A stretch of 64,000 nucleotides of DNA from the human T2T-CHM13v2.0 reference genome, Homo sapiens: assembly GCF_009914755.1 (NCBI RefSeq), contig NC_060930.1. One strand, 5' to 3'. Of this stretch, positions 56,213-64,000 are shown one piece after another. The position numbers and the translations under genes were made by a program. The notes beneath the pieces are model-generated. The model ran no database searches and was not told where the DNA came from. It was given only the letters and a program-made list of their open reading frames with translations. The stretch's first letter is position 1. Each line of letters begins with the position of its first letter.

Positions 56213-57654
56213 GTTTTTGATTAAACGGAATGATTGTTTTGGCATCCAGTAAAAATTGGCTTAGAACCCAGAGCTCATCACACAGCTCTGTGACCTAGTA
56301 GTCTCTTTGTATGTGCTCATGGAGTACCCATGTCTCTAGTCGTTTATTGGTTTGTCAAGGGTGTACCATGTGCCCTTTACTGTGCTAGGGGTACAGCAGT
56401 GAATGGAAGAGACTGCCTGCCTGCCTGCCCATGGGAATTATCAACCTAATGTCTGACTGATTTACTGTATATGTAGCATGGCACTAGAAAATCTGGGGCA
56501 ACAGCAGGGGCAATATTATTCCTTTGGAATGATAGTAGTCATCTGGGCAGGCTAGAGGGACACCCAGACTCACACAAGACTAGAGAGAAAATAGGCGTAG
56601 AATAAATATAAGCCAAAACACCAACACCTGTCTGGTGTGCTGAAGGATGAGGTGAATCAAAGACAGATTTCTTGAGATGGCATGGAATAGACGCTCTTAT
56701 AAAAGTTTTGTTAAAAGGAGCTAGGCAATCATTGGAAGGATGGGGTCAGATGTAGATTTTCCTATGCAGCATTTAAAAAAATAGAACAGACAGACTATCC
56801 ATAAAACGCAGGAAGAGGAGGAGGCCATAGGAGACTGAGGCTGTAGCTGAGAGGTCACCCATAGAGCAGACACTTCCAGCCACAGGAGGGGCAGAGGGTT
56901 TAGTTTTGGAGAGAGGATGAATGTGGAGAAAAGTAAAACACTCAACATTCAATGTAAAAGGGAATATGTATTGTTAGGCTCTCTGAGAGGCGAAATAGAC
57001 CATGAATTCTTAACAGCTTCTTGTGTGTTGGAAAGACCTATGAAAAGTTTCATTAAGTTTTGGGGAAAAGCAGGTAGGGTAACTCCATAAATCTAATGTC
57101 GAGCTGCTGTGGTGTTTCTTTGAATGGTGAAAGATACATTTTTTCCCTTTAGTTTGCCAAATTTTACTGCCCACACTCTTACCATTGCTGCCGGGAGATC
57201 TGATATGTTGAACTCTTAATATGATGAATACATGTCTGAGGATTGAAAGAAAAGCAGTGGCATTAAAAATGTCAGAATAACAGCAGTGTAGTTTCAGTGT
57301 TCTCCATGAGCCGTCACTCCTAACAATGGGTTCTTGCTTGTCAAACCTCATATGTTGCTTTGTAGAAGCAAATACACTGACTGGGATCTGCCTTGAGAAA
57401 AGAAAACAAAAAACAAGGTTGAACGTTGGGCGTTTTCGTTTTCAGTCTGAGCTTTGAAGGTAAATTTCGTCCTTGATTGTTTTGTTATTTTCTTTGGGCT
57501 CAAACTCTTGGGCTCCATCTTTCTTTGGCCAAGTCCAGGTTTCTTGGGTTCTTTCCATTTTCTCCAGGATTATCCACACATGTGCTTCCTTTCCCACTGT
57601 TTCTACTAAACAGATACTGGACGTAGAATTACAAAGTTACATAGTCTTCTTTAA

Positions 57655-58740
57655 GACTTTAATTTTTTAAAGCAGTTTTAGGGCCATGGCAAAATAGAGA
57701 GGAAGGTGACGAGATTTCCAATATACCCTCTGCACAGCCTCCCAGTGATCAACACCCTCACCAGAGTGGCATACATGTCACAGTCAATGAACCCACCCAT
57801 ATTCACACATCATCACCACCCAGAGTCCATCGTTCACATTAGGTTCACTCTTGGTATTTGGACCAATGTATAATGATATCATCCACTATTACGGTATCAT
57901 ACAGAGTAGTCGCACTGCTCTAAAAATCCTCTGTGCTCCACCTATTCATCCCTCCCTCCCCCTAACTCCTGGCAACCACTGATATTTTTACTGTCTTCAT
58001 AGTTTTGCCTTTTCCAGAATGACACATAGTTAGAGTCACAGTATGGAGCCTTCTCAGATTGGCTTCTTTTAACTAGCAGCATGTACTTAAGGCTCCTCTA
58101 TGTCTTTTCATGGCTTATTAGCTCATTTCTCTTTAGTGTGAATAATATTCCATTGTCTGGATGTACCACAGTTTATTTATCCATTCACCCACTAAAGAAC
58201 ATCTTGGTTGATTCCAAGTTTGAGCAATTATGAATAAAGCTGCCATAAATATCTGTGTGCAGGTTTTTGTGTGGACATAAGTTTTTAACTCCTTTGGGTA
58301 AATACCAAGTAGCATGATTACTGGATTATATAATAAGGGTATGTTAGTTTTGTAAGAAACTGCCAAACTGTCTCCTAATGTGGTCGTACTGTTTTGCGTT
58401 CCCACCAGCAATGAATGAGGGTTCCTGTTGCTCCACATTCTCACCATTTGATGTTGGCCATTCTAACGGCTGTGTGCTGGTATTTCATAGTTTTAATTTG
58501 CATTTCCCTGATGACTGTGATGTGGGGCATCTTTCCATACAGTTATTTGCCATCTGTATACCTTCTTTGGTGAGGGATCTGCTAGGTCTCTTGGCTCATT
58601 TTCTAATTGAGTTGTTTTCTTATTGTTGAGTTTTAAGAGTCTTTGTCTATTTTGGATACCAGTCCTTTCTCAGATGTGTCTTTTGCAAGTATGTTCTCAC
58701 AGTCTGTGGCATGTCTTCTCATTCCCTTGATAACTTTTTC
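57655..58740 (-). mobile_element. L1MC1-like 3' end
   Basis: AGCAGTTTTAG...CCAGAGTCCAT...CTAAAAATCCTCTGTGCTCCACCTATTCATCCCTCCCT; ORF2 C-terminus LLGIYPKELKTYVHTKTC. Confidence 0.9.
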
Positions 58741-59369
58741 ACTTACAGCTTTGCAAATGTTAGTAAATGACCATAATAGGGCTCTGGAGCAACACAAGCA
58801 ATGTCCTCTCATGAGGCTCCAGGTGGCAGTGATTGCTCTGAATCCCAGCATTGCTGCTGCAGCCTGGCCAGCAAGTGATTCATCACTGTCAATGTTTTCA
58901 TATCTTAACTTCCTTCTGAGGAGTGTCTCAGAGTCTGGTAAATGGTACCAAGAAATCTCCACCCTCAGTCCAGCTGGCTTCGTGTGGACCAGCTGAGTGG
59001 TGTGGGGGACTAGGAAACTGGATTTCTACCCAGTTGTCATTCTGTGTCCAACGTATTGGTAGGAAATAGGCATCAACTCAAGAAACCAAATCCCCCTAAA
59101 CTAACATCAATTAGTTTGAGATCAGCTCTCTCCCCTTCTCCAAGTGTTATAGGTACATTTACAGTTTTAGTTCTGGATTTTGTAAACTGCATTCTCCTGA
59201 TCATAGCGGACAAGTTCCTGTGCCACTTACTGATATGTGATGACAATCATGATTAAGAAGAATAATAGTGACAATTTACATTTCTATGCACATTAGACAT
59301 ACAAAGTGGCTTCACATGTTTCCTCATCTAGTGATTGTGGGACCTTCTTTACAAGCTTTGTCTTTGTAA

Positions 59370-60100
59370 TGATCGTAGTTAACATTTATGGAGCCCTCAT
59401 TGTGTTCCAAATTCTGTTCCATGACTTTTATTTGGACTAATTCATTTAACCCTTATAATAACCTCTGGCAGGTACTGTTACTATTCCCATTTTACAGATG
59501 AGAAGACCAAAGCATGACACCTTGCCCAGAGGTTGTTTGTTTGTTTGTTTTGAGACAGGGTCTTACTCTGTCGCCCAGGCTGGAGTGCAGTGGCGTGAGC
59601 AGGGCTCACAGCTCACAGCAGCCTTGGAGTCTTGGGCTCAAGCAATCTTCCCGACTCAGCCTCCCAAGTAGCTAGGAATACAGGTATGTACCATCACACC
59701 CAGCCAATTTTTAAATTTTTTGTACAGACAAGGTCTCTCTATGTTGCCCAGGCTGGCCTTGAACTCCTGGCCTCAAGCAATCCTCCCACTTCAGCCTCCT
59801 AAAGTGCTGGGATTACAGGCGTGAGCCACTGTGCCTAGCCCTGCCCAGAGCTGAACATACCCAAGGCTGTCCGGTTTCAGTGCCTACACCCATATCTGCT
59901 CTGCTACCCTGCTTGGGTTCAAATCTCGACTTGCCACTTACTCTCTGCATGAGCTTGGACTACTTATCTAACCTTTTTTATCTCAGCCCCTTCATTTAAA
60001 AATAAGGATAATAATAATATCAGTTACATAGGGATTTGATTGAATGGCATACTTTTTGTGAAGTTTCTGCTATGTGCTAAGTAGTGTTAGGTATTATTTT
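59370..60100. mobile_element. MIR fragments (both orientations) around an Alu
   Basis: CCCATTTTACAGATGAGAAGAC (minus); TGGGTTCAAATC...GCCACTTACT...AAATAAGGATAATAATA (plus). Confidence 0.75.
59533..59840 (-). mobile_element. Alu (AluJ-like)
   Basis: J-type GGGCTCAAGCAATC and CTATGTTGCCCAGG; TSD TGCCCAGAG on both sides. Confidence 0.95.
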
Positions 60101-60182
60101 CATCCTGGACCATGTATTCTTCTGATAAACATTGAGCACACGTTCTCTGCCCGGTGGTAGGCTTACACTGAGGGTCCCAGGG

Positions 60183-61218
60183 TATATGAGTCTCCTACTG
60201 ATGCTATAACAAATTGCCTGAAGCTTGGTGGCTTAAAACAACACAAGTCTGATTTATAATCCTTTGGGTATATACCCAGTAATGGGATTGCTGGGTCAAA
60301 TCTTATTTCTAGTTCTAGATCCTTGAGAAATCTCCACACTAGACTGGATGAAGAAAATGTGGCACATATACACCATGGAATCCTATGCAGCCATAAAAAG
60401 GGTGAGTTTATGTCCTTTGCAGAGACATGGATGAAGCTGGAAACCATCATTCTCAGCAAACTAACACAGGAACAGAAAACCAAACACCGCATGTTCTCTC
60501 ATAAGTGGGAGTTGAACAATGAGAACACATGGACACAGGGAGGGGAACATCACACACTGGGGCCTGTCGGGAGATGGGGGGCTAGGGGAAGGATAGCATT
60601 AGGAGAAATACCTAATGTAGATGATGGGTTGATGGGTGCAGCAAACCACCATGGCATATGTATAACTATGTACCAAACCTGCAAGTTCTGCACATGTACC
60701 CCAGAACTTAAAGTATAATAAAAATACATATATATATGTACATAAAGAAAAAAAAACATGAGTCTGTTGTGTGAGAGTGGAGGTCAGAGTCTGAACTGGG
60801 TTCCACTATACTAAAGTCAAAGCATCAGCAAGATGATTTTCCTTCTGGAGGCTCCAGGTGAGGATCCATTTCACTGTCTTTTCCAGCATCTAAAGGCCAC
60901 CTGAGTTCTTCAGCTTGTGGTCCATTTCCTCCATCTGCAGTACCAACAATGGCAGGTTGAGTCTTCACATCCCATTATTCTAAACTCTGCTTCTACGGCC
61001 ATATCACTCTCTCTGGCTCTGACCCTCCTGCCTCTCTTTTACAAGAACCCTTGTGATTACATGGGACTCACTCATACAATCCAGAATCATCTGCCCCTCT
61101 CTGGAGCCTTAACTTAAGTATACCTGAAAAGTCCCTTTTACCACATAAGATAAAATATTCACAGGTCTCAGGAACAAGGATGTGGATATCTTTGGGGGCC
61201 ATTCTTCTGCTTTCCGCA
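60183..61218 (-). mobile_element. MLT1 solo LTR interrupted by an L1PA
   Basis: GCTATAACAAATT...GGTGGCTTAAAACAACA [L1] ...TTCCTTCTGGAGGCTCCAGG...CCCTTGTGATTACAT...TCTTTGGGGGCCATT. Confidence 0.9.
60251..60756. mobile_element. 5'-inverted, truncated L1PA (L1PA6/7-like)
   Basis: 60251-60340 antisense L1; 60341-60756 sense L1 3' end with A-rich tail; TSD AACACAAGTCTG / AACATGAGTCTG. Confidence 0.93.
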
Positions 61219-61664
61219 AATGGTAAATCAGACACTGTCTGACTTAATGAGGTTTGCTAATGATCACCAAAAAAGGTTAACAATAAGAGGCGAAATGGTT
61301 TGCAGAGGCCACTGAGAAGGCCAGGGTTGCTAAGCATTGTCAGACCAACTATTTTAAGATTTGGGAAATTGAGCTTTTACAAACTACTCAAGGTTCTTCT
61401 CTAAAAATATAACATCTCAGATTAAAAAGAAAGAAAAGAGAAAGAAGTTAGTGTTGTTAAAGATGTCTATTATGATACTCTCATTACCTGCCCTTTTAAA
61501 AAATGTTCCTGATACTTAAGATGTAGTGTTAATACACTCTGATACATTAACTCTGGAGGTGCTATTTCAGGAAGATTTCGAAAATATAACTAAAATTCTT
61601 CCTCTGAAGAGAGATTTTTTGAGCTATCTTACTTTGTTCCTAAAATTAGTCACATTTGCTCTCC

Positions 61665-62394
61665 TGTCAGGGGGTTGAATGTACAGATTACTTCATCACT
61701 CAGGTACTAAGCCTAGTACCCAATAGCGATTTTTTCTGCTCCTCTCCCTTCTCCCAGCTCCACCCTCCAGTAGGTCCCAGTGTCTGTTGTTCCCCTCTTT
61801 GTATCCATGAGTTCTCATCATTTAGCTCTCACTTGTAAGTGAGAACATGCTGTATTTGGTTGTCTGTTCCTGCCTTAGTTTGCTAAGGATAATGGTCTCC
61901 AGCTCCACCCATGTTTCTGCAAAAGACACGATCTCATTCTTTTTCATGGCTGCATAGTATTCCGTGGTGTATACGTACCACATTTTCTTTATCTAGTCTT
62001 TCATTAATGGGCGTTTAGGTTGATTCCATGTCTTTCTACTGTGAATAGTGCTGCAATGAACATACACGTCCATGTGTCTTCATGATAGAAAGATTTCTAT
62101 TCCTTTGAGTATATACCCAGCAACCGGATTGCTGCATCAAATGTTAGTTCTGTTTTTAGCTTTTTGAGCTGTCACCACACTGCTTTCCACAGTGGTTGAA
62201 CTAATTTACACTCCCACCAACAGCATATAAGTGTTCCCATTTCTCCACAACCTTGCCAGCATCTGTAATTTTTTGACTTTTTATTAATAGCCATTGACAA
62301 GTGTGGGATGGTATCTCATTATGGTTTTGATTTGCATTTCCCTAATGATCAGTGATATTTGAGCTTTTTTTCATATGCTTGTTGGCCACATGTA
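61665..62394 (-). mobile_element. L1PA (older, ~L1PA12-15-like) 3' fragment lacking its extreme 3' end and poly(A)
   Basis: GTACAGATTACTTCATCAC.CAGGTACTAAGCCTAGTACCCAATAG...GTGAGAACATG...ACACTCCCACCAACAG. Confidence 0.9.
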
Positions 62395-62919
62395 AAAAAA
62401 TAAAGTTTATAAAAGTGAGAGTCCATCAGCCTTGCTGTACTTTGTAATGACTACAATAGCCCCTCTGCTGTTGTTTGAAATCTCTGCACAGCCAGAATTA
62501 TTCAGTTCTGCTTGTATATACTTCATGTAACTCCTTGTTTGTCAATTAACGTGATATTTTGACAACTCCTTCCAAAAGAACATTCTTGCTAAAGAAAAAA
62601 TGTAGCCCATGACCTCTGCTTTCCATGCACTGAATAAACATGGACAGATTTTTCATGAAGCAGGCCTGCCACCGAGGGCCACAGAGACGTAACCACGCCA
62701 GCATTTCCCTTTTGGTAGCTAAGATGCCTGGGACCTAAGAATTGGCTTTCTCGTAATAGATCCCAACTGACTTAGGTAAGAGGTTGTAGCACATAGAATA
62801 CCATGTCCACAAATCAGAGGGCAACTGATTCTCAAGGGTGTTTAGTGTGTAGGTCAGTAAATTTGAGGAAATTGCCATTCAGTTAAAGAATTGGAAGAGA
62901 TCATAACGATCATTGGCCT

Positions 62920-63060
62920 CTATTTTATTATTTTCTGAATGGAGTAACTGGGGCCCAGGAGGCTCAGGTGACTTGCCAGGGCCACCCCTCGAGTCAGTGG
63001 CAGAGCCAGGATGTGCCTGGGACCAATGACTCACATCACACTTTCCTGGGTTCTAAACTC
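62920..63060 (-). mobile_element. MIR fragment
   Basis: AACTGGGGCCCAG...GGTGACTTGCCAGGGCCAC...AGTGGCAGAGCCAGGAT. Confidence 0.7.
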
Positions 63061-63628
63061 AGTGGAGGAAACTCTTTGTTTTAAAAGTTAAATTTTTCTC
63101 TTTCAAGCTGCTGAACTTCCTGCATCTGTAGGGAAAATAACGTGCATGTGTGTGTGTGTAGCCAAGAAAAAGTAGGATAAACAACACTCCATTTAAGAAT
63201 TTTGATGATGATGTCAAGGACAAGAAGAAGAGTAGAGAAAGACTTTTTTTAAATTAATTTTTCTGACATTCTGGAGAGAAGTAAAGGTTTTAATATGCAA
63301 ACATTATGCTTCCTCAAGTTCATATCTGAAATGTACATTAGCTCTGTGCTCTCTTCTCCTTGTCCTGCTCCTTAGCCTCTACCTTTCAAATCCCATATTC
63401 CCATCCTTCCCTCAAAAAAGGCTCCAGACATGCCTGACAGTAGTGCTCATCAGGTGGGCCACCTGTTTGCACTCCCATCTCACTAGATATTCTCCACCTC
63501 TCTGCATGAACACATCTCTTCTACACTTGCTGAATTCCAGCTCAAGCATCACCTCCTCAGTGCAGCCTTCCCTGATGCTGGGAGAGAATTAATCAATCCC
63601 TCCCTTGTGCCACCATTGTACCCATCTT

Positions 63629-63925
<297 letters not shown>

Positions 63926-64000
63926 CATCATACCCATCTTGATCTCCACTCTAGCACTCATGGCCTTGTATTATGGTTATTTGTTTACTTGTACATTCTC

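Overview
This is primate (most likely human) non-coding genomic DNA. It carries AluY/S/J elements, L1, L2, MIR, MaLR/ERV LTRs and hAT-type MITEs. I recognise no cellular protein-coding exon, RNA gene or gene symbol. The ORF track is explained by Alu, L1, ERV and low-complexity read-through or by chance. The main structures are: (1) a full-length, disabled ~6.6 kb L1PB-type LINE-1 (31198-37810, minus strand) nested in an older L1MA; (2) a ~10.5 kb composite of old L1M sequence (14240-24803) carrying nested THE1, MLT1 and Alu insertions; (3) a decayed ERV-L provirus apparently bounded by two LTR16-like LTRs (~39470-44950) with readable pol remnants; (4) a 5'-inverted (twin-primed) L1PA inside an MLT1 LTR (60251-60756). 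The oddities not explained by repeats are a ~115 bp diverged direct duplication (4905-5018 / 5720-5834), a 136 bp tandem duplication, a polypyrimidine-CAG|GTGAGT recursive-splice-like site behind a perfect hairpin (54138-54184), two candidate cryptic exons, and an Alu whose A-tail is replaced by a G-rich tract. I found no evidence for a new multi-gene system. Subfamily names come from remembered consensus sequences and need Dfam/RepeatMasker confirmation.
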